Shown: piece after piece, positions 12,315-30,539 of the stretch
How the letters are laid out: every line of letters begins with the position of its first letter
Numbering within the stretch: position 1 is the stretch's first letter
The notes under the pieces: generated by a model
Seen by the model: the letters and a program-made list of their open reading frames with translations, nothing else
Database searches by the model: none
What the model was told of the DNA's origin: nothing
DNA from: Syncephalis fuscata S228
Taxonomy: Eukaryota; Fungi; Zoopagomycota
Assembly (NCBI GenBank): GCA_025786725.1
Contig: JAHLTZ010000005.1
Location: 620,001-684,000 of the forward strand
Reading direction: 5' to 3'
Length of the DNA: 64,000 nucleotides
Position numbers and translations under genes: made by a program

Positions 12315-13120
12315 CAAATTAAGTTTTATTATTAGTCATTCGTCGCAGATTATTGCTGAAATAATCAAAATGTCAATGAGTTTGTAAAAGCTTGATCGGT
12401 GAAAGAGACTGCGTATGTGGCTGTAGCTATTGGCATTTTCGACCTGATACACATTCGACCACGTGCATCGTCCGGTTAAGACATTTCCATATTTATAATT
12501 GCTTTCATGCAGCTGTTATAGAAAGGGCACTAGAAAAACTTTAGAATGACCAGAATCGGAATGATAAATAATTTATGCTCACATACCCACATTACTGTTG
12601 GTCCCTTGCTGAGCTTGAATTAATGGTAATTTTTTCCCAGTTTTATAAATAACTCAAACCGTTACAACATCAAATAATACACTACACTATTACTATTACT
12701 AGATCTTTATATTATTATTATTAATAGTATTGGTGTGGGTGATAGTTGTTGTTGCTAGTTGTAGTCTCCTTTTTCAACACAACTATTTTTATCTATAATA
12801 TTGCACTTTCCGGACATTACACATTAAAACATCTATCAGATCAAATTATTTTAACTTTAGTTTATCGTCAGCACACTTTATTGCTACTTGAACGGTACTA
12901 CAATAGTCTAAAGTCGAGATTCCAGGTATAACTGTAGCTTTATTAGGATTTGCATAAATATTGGGTGAGTAGTCAGGAAAATACCATTTCTTTCTTCTCT
13001 TCCACACTTTGAACATCTGATGTTAATCCATATCATTGAACAAATACTTTAATATTTCTCAACACCAACGGTAATCTCTAAACTTGTTACGTTCAACAAC
13101 CAACTAGTTATTGTAGGCCT

Positions 13121-13135
13121 GTGTGTATGTGTGTT

Positions 13136-13167
<32 letters not shown>
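13121..13167 (+). repeat. (TG)n microsatellite
   Basis: Direct inspection; upstream of the KDM5-like ATG. Confidence 0.95.
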
Positions 13168-13169
<2 letters not shown>

Positions 13170-13399
13170 TGCCTTTCTCGCACTCTTTCCTGCTCTATCC
13201 ATCTGTGTGCCTAGCCTTATGTATGTCTAGGATGTGTGATGTGTGGATATCTATGCCAACAATTCCCCTTTTTCTTTAATCCACTGACATTTGTGTAGGA
13301 TACCGCAGTAGCCATAACATTAGCAACTTGGATACACCATCGACTATTATCGCTTCGATAGACATTATCTGATTGATATTTACGTCAACGCCAACTTAA

Positions 13400-16746
<3,347 letters not shown>

Positions 16747-17375
16747 TTGTTGCCCTCTATCTTTTTTGTTGTTATTTCATTTTTTGCTCAATATATACTC
16801 GGTAACAGTAATTTACCAAACCAAATATCCGTGTTTCCCCGACTATAGCCGCCTGCAGACATGGTTACACCGTGTGAGTTGCTAAGGGCTTACATCTATG
16901 TGCATTTCCATAACAAATATTATATATGGGTCAGTTGATTCATACTGTCACGTGACCTATAAAGTTTACGTATTTCTTATAATGAACAAACAACATGAGT
17001 TGAAACACTTGCACCACACCACTTTAACTAACTTGCTCCATTCAAACCTTTTACTACGACTATTACTATTACTACTGCGGCTGTAACTTTGATTGACCGA
17101 ATATATTATTTTTGTCTGTCTGTCTTTCTGTTCGTTCGTCCGTCTATCTACCTATCTGTTCCTTCGCCTTTATCGTGTGCGTTGATAACGCCTATCTATC
17201 TGTATACGTTCATACGTATACTGCGTGTTTCCTACTTTATTGAATCTTTATTCTAGCTTGTCACTCGTATTAAATCGAGTGTATGTCGTTCTACTTCCGC
17301 CATAAAGTGAATTCTAGTGCCACGGGCATTCCTGTCGCTACCGCTGCCGCTAGTGTGTCTACGTCTCGCCATCTA

Positions 17376-20300
17376 ATGGAATTCGATACTACCTCACTAT
17401 TACTTGCATCGGCTGTACTTGCCGTCACTTACCTTGCGGTGAACAAGCCAGAGCCGGACGTTCACCCGTTTATTCTTAACGATCAGTCAACGCCGGCTAA
17501 CGTGCGCCGTCCTGGCGAGAGCGCTGTTTATCGCTCAAAGATTGTACCGCATGGCAGCCCACTGCCTACATTTCCTAACGCAAATACGCGTACAATTACC
17601 GATGTATTTGCACGCGGCTACGAACGTACTGCAAACGGGCAGCATAGATTTCTTGGTGGGAAAACAGCGGACGGCGATTGGTCCTGGGTAAGTGTTGTAA
17701 TATGAACGACAATGAGTCGCGAAAATAGTTACTTATATCTGTTGCCAATTATTAGATGACCTATGGTAATTATTGATGATTGAGGCAAATAAACGATCCA
17801 ATAATACTGACGTCTTTCATACAAATTAGGCCAAGCTAAGGAACGCATTCGTAATTTTGGTGCTGGCCTTCTTACTCTGACTGATTTGAAGCCGGGTATT
17901 GAGGATAAGCTCGGTATTTACATGCGTAATTCATCAGGTGAATACTTGTGAAAATTACAACATTTATATAAATTAATAATTTATTTAATTTTTAGAATGG
18001 ATTTTAGCGGATTTGGGTAAGAATTTGAAATTAAAATTACTATTTTTTATTAAATAACTATTAATTATTATTATTATTATTATCGATGTGTTTAGCTGCT
18101 GCACATCACTCTTTAGTGACAGTCCCAATGTATACAGCATGGAATTTGGATGCAGTACGACAATGCATTCAGCAAACCAAATTGACCACTTTGGTGACGA
18201 CGCATCGAGAATTGCCGGCCATGCTATCAATATGTCCTGAATGTCCTACATTACGCTGGATCTTTTAAGCGATCACACAGCATCAGAGGAAAATAGCGAT
18301 CGTGCACAGCGGCTAGGTATTACGTTAGAGACTTTTTCCGCTGTAGAGAACATTGGCGCTACCAATCCATGTGATGAGCTTCCTACGCCTAGTAAGTGAT
18401 TACAAACAATTAGCTTGACATGGTAGACTAAGTTGGATTTAGAACCCGACGATTTGGCCTGCATTTGCTTTACATGCGGCACTTCGGGTGAACCCCGTGG
18501 TGTAATGCTGACCCATGCGGTAAGTTAAATTGAAATAATATGCTGCAATAGATAATAATAAACCAACGATTAATTAGAATCAAGTATGTTCGATGTGTAA
18601 GTCATATAGTTTTGAAAAGAAAAGTGCTTACATAGTAGCAAATAGCTTCTTTATTGTCCATTTTTATGTCTGGAAAAGGTCCTAATATAAATGACGTATA
18701 CATGTCATATTTACCACTTTGTAAGCTATATAATGGCATATTTATACTTATTTAATCGTTTATAATACACTAGCTCATGTGTTTGAACATACATTACTAT
18801 TGGCCGTCATATCGGTGGGCGGACAAGTGGCAGCCCATAGCCAAAGTCCACACTTGATGGAAAAGTCGGCACAAATTGTTAAACCAACCATTCTTCCACT
18901 GTAAGTTGGATTGTTTGCATTAGCATAATCTTATGTGGTTATTTAGTGTACCTCATATTCTTAATCGTATACGAGATGCTATAGAACAAAAAGTCAAGCA
19001 ATCAGGTCAGCTACAACAAATTCTTTATCGTCGTGCATTTGCTGCCAAGCTTCAATGGCTTCGAGCTGGACGTGTGGTAAATGATAGCTGGTGGGACCGT
19101 TTGGTATTCAGTAAATTACGGGCAAAGTTTGGTGGTATGTATTTTATTATTTTATTAGTATTATTTGTTTAATGTAGTATGTAGGAAATGTACGCATTGT
19201 ACCTTGTGGTGCTGGTAGGTTACCAAAAAAGCATTATTAATAGCAAGTGACTAAGTATAGCTAAATAGCACCAATTTCTACCGATACTTTGGATTGGGCG
19301 CGTGTATTCTTCGGCTGCCCGGTTATTGAAGGCTACGGCCAAACCGAGACATGTGCAGCCATCAGTGCCACTCATCCAAATGATTACCAACATCCATATG
19401 GTAGCAGTGTTGGCATGATTCTACCTGTAAATGAAGTAAAGCTGGTAGATGTGCCAGAGCTGTGCTATCTGGCAAGTGATGTGCCAAATCCTCGTGGCGA
19501 AGTATGTACCAATTGAGGCTATTTGACTATATACTAACGGCATACATGTGTCATTGTATCATTTAGATTTGTGTTCGTGGCGGCAGTGTCACCAAAGGCT
19601 ACTACGGCCTTCCAGAAGACACCCGTGCTGTACTGAGTGAAGACGGTTGGCTAAAAACCGGTGATATTGGCGAGATGCTTCCAAATGGAACACTTAAAGT
19701 CATCGATCGCAAAAAAGTAAGTAACAATGCTAATACTGGCTTTTGCCTAGCTAAATGTATACTGTACAATGCAATGTCATACTGATACACGTGTATACTG
19801 CATTGTTTAGAATGTCAGTAAGCTGAGTCAAGGTGAATATGTGGCAAGTATTGAAACAGATAGATACACAATAACGCTGTCATATTAATGCGTGATATTT
19901 ACAGGCACCAGCCAAAATGGAATCCATCTATGAAAATTGCGAGTAAGTGTAAATGAATATACTTGTAGTACAGCTACAGAACGACTAACGGCACGACATG
20001 ATTAAACAGCGTTGTTTCACAGACATATGTACATGTAGACCCGTTACAGCATTACCTTGTGGGTATTGTTGTACCCGACGAAAGCCGGCTAAGAGAGGCA
20101 AGTACAACATCAAATTAATCATCTAGTACTTATCATGCTTATAGATTGCCCGTGAGCGCCTGCAAGATGCAAACGCTCCATTTAGCGAACTATGTCATAA
20201 TGAAAATGTATGCAGCGCCGTCTTGGAGGCTATGCACGATAAAGGCTGTGAACATGAATTATCGCGCTATGAACAGGTCAGACGAATAATTTTGCATCCT

Positions 20301-20465
20301 GAGCCTTTTACAGTAGAAAACCGACTATTAACACCAACATTCAAGTAAGCGGGTCGTCAATTTAATAACATAGAATTGATTTTATTTTACATACTATTTG
20401 TAGATTACGTCGTCACGTTATTCAAGAACATTTCCAAGCATCGCTTCAAAACCTTTACACGTAAT
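17376..20465 (+). CDS. Long-chain fatty acyl-CoA synthetase (ACSL/FAA family), about 17 exons
   Basis: [77 protein letters not shown]-terminal TM anchor. An in-frame upstream ATG at 17283 is possible. Confidence 0.93.
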
Positions 20466-21399
20466 GACATGGCCTGAAAAACAATATTTGTAGGATTTTT
20501 GTTATGACATTGATGTTTCTGGACAAATCATTAGATATTGCGTGCTTTGATAATAATAATAGTAAATTTAATATATTAATTTTATATAAAGTGTTAGTTC
20601 TATTTGAAATCTGAACATTGCTTGTATGCTTGCTCATTTAAAAACAGTAATTACTAGTAATAAATTCTTTTTTAAAAAGAATACTTTTAAAACAAAAATG
20701 TACAGAAATACAGTTGGTAAAAAGCTAAAAACTTATATAACCAACGCAATTATCGTATGGCAATTGTGTCATATAGTAGCTGTACACAGTGACTGTGGTG
20801 CTTATATGCTGCAAAGTTAATGTATGTTTTAAGTTGTTATAGATTGCCACTACAGATCATGCTGACAACAGTTTTTAAGTCTCGATAGCGGCAGATCGCA
20901 CTGTCACTGTTAAGATTGCAAAGCTATTGCCAGATGACTAGCAATGATCTATAATAAAACATAGTATACAACTAGATTTCACAGCATATGCTTAGCGTAA
21001 CATAAAAACAATTCAAAAATGCACCTACCGTGCCAATAAAAGTTGTCAAAAGCAATTATTGGAGTAATGATGATTTGCAAAAAAGTGTAAGATTACAAAA
21101 GAGCAATGCAAGTACATAGTGTAGAAGGTGTTTATACTTGACTAGTAATTAAATAACCACTAACACTATCTAATTAGTATATATGGAGTATACAAGTATA
21201 TGCAATGGATATATGTTGTCAAGTGTAAAGAAAGAGAAAGGAAATGTGATGACGTAGATTGTGAGCTGTGAGCCTGTCAGCCAATATTTATAAACAGCCG
21301 AGTTTAATTCATTGATAAATGGAGTGTGAAATAATAAAAGTCAATCTACCCAACATGTCAGTACATCATAGAACAGATTGATAGTAAATGAATAAATGC

Positions 21400-21530
21400 A
21401 TCAAGAATAAAAGTCATTTTACCACCAAAACTACTCATTATTATAGAACATATATTCAGTATATTAGCGAATGTATTCAAAGAATAAAAATCATTTGACA
21501 CCAAACATCATTAAAATAAAACATATCAAT
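21400..21530 (+). repeat. Diverged two-copy tandem repeat (~77-bp unit)
   Basis: tcaagaataaaagtcattttaccaccaaaac...aacatat vs tcaaagaataaaaatcatttgacaccaaac...aacatat. Confidence 0.6.
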
Positions 21531-21871
21531 TTTTACCAAATTAGAGAGCAATGATTTATATACTAAATAAAAAACTATAATATTTATTCAAATAAACAAA
21601 CGAGTAATAAACGAATGATATACTGCTATCTAAATATTTAAAATGATTAGTGCTATGGTTTGCGTAATTGTTAGCGAGTACTTACTTTTTAATTTAAAGT
21701 GGGCCTTTTTAAGGCGGGCTTATCGGAAAGGCTGCTCCGCTTTTTAAATACTGGCTGCTGTTGTACTTTTGCAACCGGTACTGCTTCTTCCAGCGGCAGA
21801 AGTAGAAGCGCCGCTGGAACTGCGCTTTCAAGTAATACCGATATACCCACTTAATCTTGTTTGTCATTAAA

Positions 21872-22830
21872 CTAATGGTGTTTTAATGCTTGTTTCGCAG
21901 TGAAGCGTGCTCTACTGCCGATGTCCAGTAGACGTTTCACTAGATCGACCGCTGCGCAATGTTAGTTATTGTTAATAAATATGTATTTGACTTACCTTTA
22001 TCGCTGATTTAATCTGCTTCTTACCCAAAATTGAGTTGTGCAGTAAATACGGTCTTAATGTAAACAATGATACTAATGGTTAGTAATTGTATTAATAATA
22101 AATAAATATACTTACCACCATAAATAATATCTTTGTCATGTAAATGCTAATACAATGTTAGTAATTTAATTATTAAATTATAGTAATACTTACCTTAATT
22201 CCCTTAAGCAATTGTTTGAAAATATGTTTTACTTCCATTTCTGGAAGGGGAAAGTGGTGCTCAATATAACTCCCAAATCACCGCCTGCTGCGTACTCGAT
22301 AAGCGAGTACGTATTCAGGTCGGTGGCTCCCTCTCCTAGCAGTTTTACGACATGTAGATGGTCGCCCACCTCTTTCAAGGTGCGAAGCTCTCTTTTGAAG
22401 CTTCTATAGCCGCGATTGCACGACAAAATTTTGACCGCAACACGCTCTAACGTGTTGCGGTCTAGTCCAATACGAATTATGCCAAATTGGCCACTATTTC
22501 AATAAATTAATTAATCAGTCAGTTGCTTTATTTAGTTTTAATACTTACTCGTCAATAGATCCATTAAGGGTGATATAGCGTGGGCGAATGACCTATAATA
22601 TTAATAAATATGTTATTTTAATATTTAGTTATATTTATATACTTACTCGTTTATATTGAATATTATTTTCTACTGGTGTTGAGCCAGTAAGTTTAAAACC
22701 GTAAACAATAGCAATATCATTGTTCTATATTGCTTTACAATTAGTTCAATTTATTAAAATATTCAATGTACTTACTGTTAAAGATTTGAGACAGCATCTA
22801 AGCATGAACTTTGAGTTCAGCTGATCGATG
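21872..22830 (-). pseudogene. Ser/Thr protein kinase (CAMK-like) pseudogene
   Basis: GQFGIIR..VAVK..E..IEYAAGGDL, frameshift, FKQLLKGIKHLHDKDII, then a jump to ISDKAVDLVKRLL..R.TAKQALKHH*. HRD, DFG and APE subdomains are absent. Confidence 0.75.
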
Positions 22831-25249
22831 CTATATAACATTTTTGTATATTATTATATGATAATCACAAAGGCGTAATAATAACACTCCAAATAAAAGT
22901 GCTCAAACACAGTAATAATTAACAAAAATTATAAACAGATTACTATGGTAAATAAAGGGAAATTTAGAATAAGAATTGTATTTGAAGTATGGATATATTA
23001 TAAGGTTATGTTTATTAGTTGCAAATTAATGCCATATTTATAGTAGTCATAAAGCATCAGCAAATTATTCTTGGAACACTGGTTTGTACTGAATAACTAA
23101 TTGAAATCAGTCCCAATCGTCTTGTTAGTTCTGTTTAAGTGCGACAAGCATGTCAGATAAAACATTGGCATCTGTTGACGTATAACTATTATTATAAATA
23201 TACCAGAAAATTGTAATTAATTAATTACTATTTTTTTACACATTTGGCTAATTACTATCATAGCCTATTAGTATAATTCAGCAATCATAAGCAGTATTAA
23301 TGTTTTATATTGCAAATTATCACTGAAATTTAAATTTTAAAAACACTTTATTGGCAAGTACAATGATATCAAAAGTTTTTTGCGCTTTAAACAATAGCTA
23401 TTATATTTTCAGAAATATCAATTTGATGACGTATTACTTAAAATGTCAAAAATGGTATGACACGGACAATGACATGAGCAACTATGCTATTTTTATAACA
23501 ATAACCACATCAAATCAGCATATTTTTATGATTTAAAAGCTAACGTTGAATTTCGCACAAAATGACAGATAATAGCATTTTGATGTGTTAAATTTACTGC
23601 AGTATAACATTCTTTTTTGGGGGTAAAAGCAAGCGTTAGCCATTGTAATTTTTTAAAAAAAGAAGCAACAACAAAGACACAATGGTGTCATCATCATTGT
23701 TCCTATAACTTTAGCACATCTTTTACAATGACATTTTTTGATTGTGTAAAATACAATAAAAATTGACATGTTTGTTTAGCTCGCATATGCGCTAGGTAAC
23801 TGACATTGTCATAATGTTTGTTTAGATATTGAGAAAGTTAAAACAAATGCTTGATTATATACTACAATGTATCAACTTATTTATATACATATGCTTCAAT
23901 CAAATGTAAGTGTTTTAATTGGCTCGCATTGCATATCAATGGTATAGTTCATATAATGCATTTTTTATATTTTAACACAACTATAGACTTAAATAGACCA
24001 TATAGAACACACAAACAACCAGTGATATCATCATTACACTCTGCTTTCTACTAGATAACCACTACTAGTCATTTTATCCCAAGCATTCTGCATTGATCAT
24101 TCTAATTTTTGGTTTAGCAAACCAATATTACTATAAAATTTTTATTTTTATTATATGCATTATTGTCGTGGCCTTTTTAGTCAATACGGTTATGGTAGAT
24201 GCTAAAACAAACCAAGCTTGTTGCAGTACGTTACAATTAAAATAAATGCGTAAACTGCTATACTCACCTACACTATGTTTAATTAATAGTGATACTAGAT
24301 GGTAGGCGGCGTCACAAACCAATCAAGTCTAAAAAATAACAATATTAAGTGGTAAGCAGCACTACGAATTAACTGCCTATAAATAATCATATGCCACGCA
24401 CCACATTTATTTATAAAAGTCCATCAATAGGCTTTAAGTGAACTACATATTTAAAGACAATACATTGATTGCATTCTTACACTGTGGGTGTAATAATTTG
24501 TAGTAATAATTTGTAAATATACGTTTATAAACATAAAATAACTGGCACTTTAGGATATCGGCATAAGTAGTTTGATTGAAATGCTAGCCCAATACAACTT
24601 AGGTATATACTTGGCAAGGATCAAAACCATTCAACAATTGTCGTTAGTCTGTTCAATTTAATTTTAAATCAATCATGTTACTACATTACAAACAAGCTTG
24701 CATTTAGCTGTATTCAACAGTCAATTTTTATTAATTGACATATTAAAAACATTTATATACCTATATTGTATTAATAGCTATAAAAATATAAATAAGCTAT
24801 TTTTATTTCTATTTAATAGCGTTGAATTTCAATTAGTGGATTATGTGATATATCATATTTTTAAATAAAAATAACTATTTTTTTAACTAATATAGTAATA
24901 AAAGATTGCATAGTCAGTTAATTTAATTGTATACGAAATGCTAAAGCATTTTGAAAAAAGTGGGAGCATTTGCTAGTATTTGAAAATGTATTTGGTATGG
25001 TGGCACAATCAATTAAGAATTGCTGCATTGGGCAATTAAATCAACTAGCCAGTGTAGATATGCTGACTATGCGCGGAATGACCGGCAAATGGAAGGCAAA
25101 AAGTGAGCAAATATGGAAATAAGGAAGGGATTATAATCCAATTTACTGATAAGATGGTATCTGACATTAGAAGGTTTCAGTCAGTTACAATACGCCAATG
25201 AACAGTTACCACATACTATTTACCAACATTGTCCATTCTAATTGGTAGA

Positions 25250-26240
25250 TATGTTTTGGGGCAAGTTCATAAGTATGTATTGAGATTGCTTTTGCGCATT
25301 ACCTCGCCTTCTTCTGTTTCCAGTTGTTAATGTACTGTAAGTCGTTTGTTAGTGGTATAGCATAAGGGGTAGTAGTCACATCCAGTGGTGTGGGGTCCCT
25401 TTTTGGTTGATCACGAAATACTGCGTTTCTGCTTGTGGGCTATATTGAGTGTATAATGCAGTATTTGCAGACTACTGTATTATACAAGGCTTGATAATCA
25501 TGTGGTTGCCTGTAGTAGGCGACTGTATACTGGTGCAATGCGGAGACATGTGGAGTTTAAGGTGTGCAGTAACAATATTTAGCAAGTTGGAATTGCTGCT
25601 GCACACTGACCTATGTTCAGGCGGCGACCTGTGATGGGTGGTCATACACTAGAGTCCATCTGCTTTTATTGCGCGCTGGAGGTGTGCTGGTAGGATTCAA
25701 CTTGCGGAATAATACCACCACACACTATGTCGGATGTGGTATGCGAACACCCGTAGTAGGTGAACGTGTATTACCATACTGTTTACTTGTGAGCATTATT
25801 AAATGAATTACCTTATAGTACTAGTTTCAAATATCAGCTAGTATTCGGAGTTATCGTGAACTAGAGGATATAGGAACTGTAACGCTTTATGGCTTGATAG
25901 CCGAGGATCAATGGTATTTCTGCGATTGGTGACAAGTGGCAAAAACTAGTTACTATATTGTGGTTATTTGATAATGCAGCGGTATATGGTAATATCAGCT
26001 CTTTAATCGTAATATGCAATGGTGTTCATTCGCTCAGCTTTACACACTAGCTACAATTGGGTGAACCAGTATACTAGTGATGCTTATTGCTACACTTGAA
26101 TTACCGCTGCATATCATCCGTTTATTAGACCGTATTGTCATCTTGATAGGAAGCTAGTATAGGGGCTATGTGCTTCTGACAACCGTTACTTACGCCCGAG
26201 TCGTAGTACTGCCAGTATTCCAGGTGGACGCATAGTTTCT
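25250..26240 (-). mobile_element. Possible highly decayed LTR-retrotransposon (Ty3/gypsy-like) gag/protease relic
   Basis: GC-richer than its flanks. Fragmentary motifs across frameshifts: VL.DSGVS, PLILGYQAIKRY, DPTPLDV and a CAK(C)..H...TCP knuckle-like string. Confidence 0.3.
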
Positions 26241-26427
26241 ATATTAGACGATCATCATGATTAACAACTTTTAACAACTTTTACATTTATTTATTATATG
26301 TATAACAAACAATATCCAAACAACAAAAGAACTATTTAGATGTGTTCTATAAATTACATATAGACAACAATCAACTAGATGTAAGTATTTTATTACTACT
26401 AAACAATACTAACAATATTTGGTATAG

Positions 26428-26619
26428 CTATTCGAATATTGGTGCTGAGTCAACAAGTATATCTGGATTGTATTTTTCATTATTTGCCATTAATTTTGCA
26501 TGTAGTTTACAATACCAATTATTGCCTTCATCGGCACAGATATCAACAGTAGTATTATACATTGTTGCTAGTGCTATCACTTGACACGGTTTTCCAAATG
26601 AGGGAATATATATATCCAT
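26428..26619 (-). CDS. Small orphan ORF or isolated exon (63 aa, 3 Cys)
   Basis: ATG-initiated ORF with protein-like composition; no recognisable family. Confidence 0.2.
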   Translation of the reverse strand: MDIYIPSFGKPCQVIALATMYNTTVDICADEGNNWYCKLHAKLMANNEKYNPDILVDSAPIFE

Positions 26620-26869
26620 TTGGTTTTTTATTCAGTCAAGTGTTAATTGGTATTGTTATTGTATGCCTGTTAAATTTGTTAGCTAATAAATGAAGAATCA
26701 GTGACGGCAAAGATAAGTGTGTATGTATTGAACTAAAATAATTTTAATAGTTTTTATGAAAGCGTTTATTGAAACAACGTAATACTATAATATTGACTTC
26801 ATTGCTATGGTTTATATATTTATATATTATATTTATTTATTTAAAAAATATCGATACTTAAACACATTA

Positions 26870-28333
26870 TTGATTATTTATTGTAATAGGGTATTAAACG
26901 ATTAGAGTTATTAACATCTGCACAATTAAACTAGGATTTATTCTATTGAACATGGAATTGGGTGGCGAGTGACGTCAGTGATTAAATGCTTATTATCATA
27001 AACTGCTTATCCAGTATACATGTATCCTCATCCATCCATATCATTCCCATTTATATTAATTCTGTTTATTCTCTATAAGCTTCAACGTACTTTACTTACT
27101 ACAGCCGTATACTTTTCATTTTTCATTTGTTATGTTTTATACTATTTCAAGCTTATTTAACATTGTTTTATGCAGAGCTGTTGTTTGTTTAGTGCTAGCT
27201 TTACATGTTGCAGATTTGAACTATTTTGTTTATTGCGCCATACTAGCAATCATATTTGTTAACAGAATCACCATTCAACTTTATTTTTGAAAGAACAAAT
27301 GTTTAGTTCAATTGCACGCCTATTATCAAATATTGTTTTTGACTCACGATCACATCAGTTTATCAATAAATTGCTGATAAAACAAACCGCATAATAGTAT
27401 TAAATAATACACAGCATACTATATGATTAACGTGTTTCATTTAACTTATCAATAAACTGCAGTGTCCACACATTGAAGTTAAAGCTAAAAGTAAAATCGT
27501 ACACGGTATGTATGTATTAGTTTGATAACAATGGCATAGCCAATAACATAATAACACAATAAACTACTAATGCCGTTATTCAAATGAGTAGTGTATTGTA
27601 ATTACACCAGATGTAACTAACTGTAATGCATTTATACTTACAGAAAACGACGCTCTATTTAACTAGTAAAAAGTGATAGTATATGATAGTAGTATTGCAA
27701 TACAAATATAATAACTAGATGGTGTATTAAAACAATGGAGAAACGAATATGCTGACTATCCAAGAGATAGGCACATAATCACAAGAAGCAATGATAGAAC
27801 GGCACATGACATAGTTTATCAACCACTTCAGTGTAGTTTATTTATGCTATGCATTTAGCTATGCCATACTGTTAGTAAAACTTGTTTGAAAAGATGATGT
27901 GTGGCATAGAATGCTTGTTATAAAGATTTATAACAAGCATGTATAATACAGTTGGTACATGTTAAATTAGTGCATCAAGAATAGCCGACGAGAATGAGAG
28001 CAAACAACAAAAACCAGCAATATCCAATGATATGATCTTTTAATTTAACTAATTGTGGAGGCTTTAAACTAATAATCAAAATATCTTTTTTTATATGTAA
28101 ACTGTGCTGTATTTGTTTCTATTCAAACTTAGTAAGCTAGAATCTTTCATTTCAGTTTAAGATCCTCATTCAGGATACCACTTTGTCATATCAAACTACA
28201 ATAAAGATCAAACCTAAGTATTTATAAAGTTTTTACTTTTAAACATTAACTTATTTGCATTGAAAACACAGTGTTTTAAGAACATTGGAAACATGTACAA
28301 GTGTCACCATGAATTGGCCAATTATGCAGCCAA
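26870..28333 (-). repeat. 1.46-kb inverted duplication, right arm
   Basis: Reverse complement of 10851-12314. Confidence 0.97.
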
Positions 28334-28719
28334 GTTGTGGATATCATAAAAAACATTGATTTACATTTATTATAGATTAATGTAGTTAGTTGCCATCATC
28401 GTAGTCTGTAATAAGTTATATATTAATTATCTGTATTGAAACAATATTCAGTAATACAAACAATCATGTTAAACTGTTATTATTATAAGATAGATATTAG
28501 ACATGAGTAAAGCTTATGTATTGTTACATGTTGTATATCATTTATTGTAAACGAATCGTATAGTGATTTTCTAACTAGTTAAGCATAGCGACAAAGTGTA
28601 AACAAATACAGCTAAACATTTATTTACTATGTAATATTCAACTATAGCAGTAGTATTTATTCAACACTGCTTAATTATACACCTATGCAGGTGTAGCTTT
28701 AATTTCCAAAGTATTATTT

Positions 28720-30539
28720 CTACTGAGCAGGCAATTCCGCCAGATCTTTTAGTAAATTTTGATAAAAAGTAACACCTTCCAAATAGCCACTTTCATACAC
28801 AAATTCATCGTGATCGTGGAGCAAGATTGGCGTGTTGCGCATCGGCGAAATGCCAAAGGCAATCAATCCAGTACCACGCACAAAGCGGGCATCTAATTAA
28901 TTGATTAATATGCCGTTTATCAATTTCATACTACAAAGTAAACTTACCTGTGGCAGCGGGAAATATTTCTGGATCAATGACAACATTACTGATCATAATT
29001 GTTAGTATGCAATTATAGTAATTAATAACAGTGTTACTTACTGTTTCTTGCATGAATCACGTACAGCACGCCACCAAAAATTACTTTCATCCAATGATGA
29101 ATAGTCAGCACGATCACGATATTGAATAAACTCATAAGTGACGCTAACCATTACATTCATTAGTTAGAAATCTATTTATTATACAATGCGCCAACTTACT
29201 CGTGCTTCTTGGCCAAATCATCTAACCAAGCGCGAAAAACAACCAAATCGGTAGTAGGTGTAATTCTTATATCGAATCCTATTAAAACTGTGTTAATATT
29301 TTGTTATTGTTATATTTATTAGTAATTTACCAGCTTGCGCCATTTCCGGCACTACGTTGGCCTGGACACCAGACTAAACAGCAGATTTACCATTACTTTC
29401 TATTTATATGCTCACACCATTATGCTAACCTTTAAGCTAGTAAGATTTACTGTTGTGACATCGCCCAATCTTAATTTCTTGCTGACCATAACAGCTTCTT
29501 GTTCATCACGGAATTTAAGCAGATCATTAATAAAATTCACCTGCAATTACCGATAAGCATCATTGATTAGACTAGGAATCAACAATATACTTGCCACTTT
29601 TGGGCCGACCGTATTTTGAATAAACTGGCTGCCATGGCCTGTATTTCCATGGCCTGTAACGGTAATCCACCAAGTTACACGTTCCGCATAGTATAGCTTG
29701 TAGGCATTTTCAGGATTAGCAAGACCTGTCCAGCCAAACATTAGATAAAGCCGGCTATTAATTCATTCCTACTACTAACCTTCATCCAAGCAGAAGCCAG
29801 GATTAAGTTCGGCAAATCCACCGCTTTCAATAAACGCAACCATGCCATCCTTACCACCAATTTCCTCATCTATCAAATGTTACACTAAAGCTATAGGCGG
29901 TCATTATCGATGGCTTACCTGGAACAAAAGTAAGATGTAGTGTACGACGTGGCTGCCAACCGGTCTGTTTGAGCCGACGTAGTCCTTCAGCATAACTAAA
30001 GGTATGACGTAATCAGATATCGCCATACCAACAATGCCAAAAAATAGCAAACTTACGAAATACCAACGATTTTCATATCTTGAGCACCGCGAGCGTATAT
30101 TTTATAATCACCATCCTCTTGCAATACACGTGCTGCTCCAAATGGATCTTGCGTCCATTGATCCTAATAAAGTATTAATTGATTCATTTCAATGGATAGC
30201 TACTATTATAGTTGACTCACCGGAAATACTGGCACCACATCAGTGTGTGAATTGAGAATAATACTTGGCAATGAAGGTTCTGTGCCTTGCCAAGTGAGAA
30301 TGACAACTGGCTTATTGGCAACCGGCTACATTGCTGGTCAGCAACAAGCAAAATGTCAAGTCAGGCCAGCGGTGACTTACTTCTACACGACGATAGTCGA
30401 AACCAATATCGTCGGCAAGTTCCTTTAGAAACGTGGCGCACGACTCATAGTCCGGCGTAGGCTGCACCGTTCGAATACGAAGGTACTTGCGGAAGTTTTC
30501 AACAGCAATAGTGTTATTTTCCTTTAGAGATAGCGCCAT
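28720..30539 (-). CDS. ACY1: Aminoacylase-1, cytosolic-type (11 introns)
   Basis: [65 protein letters not shown]. No signal peptide. Confidence 0.93.
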
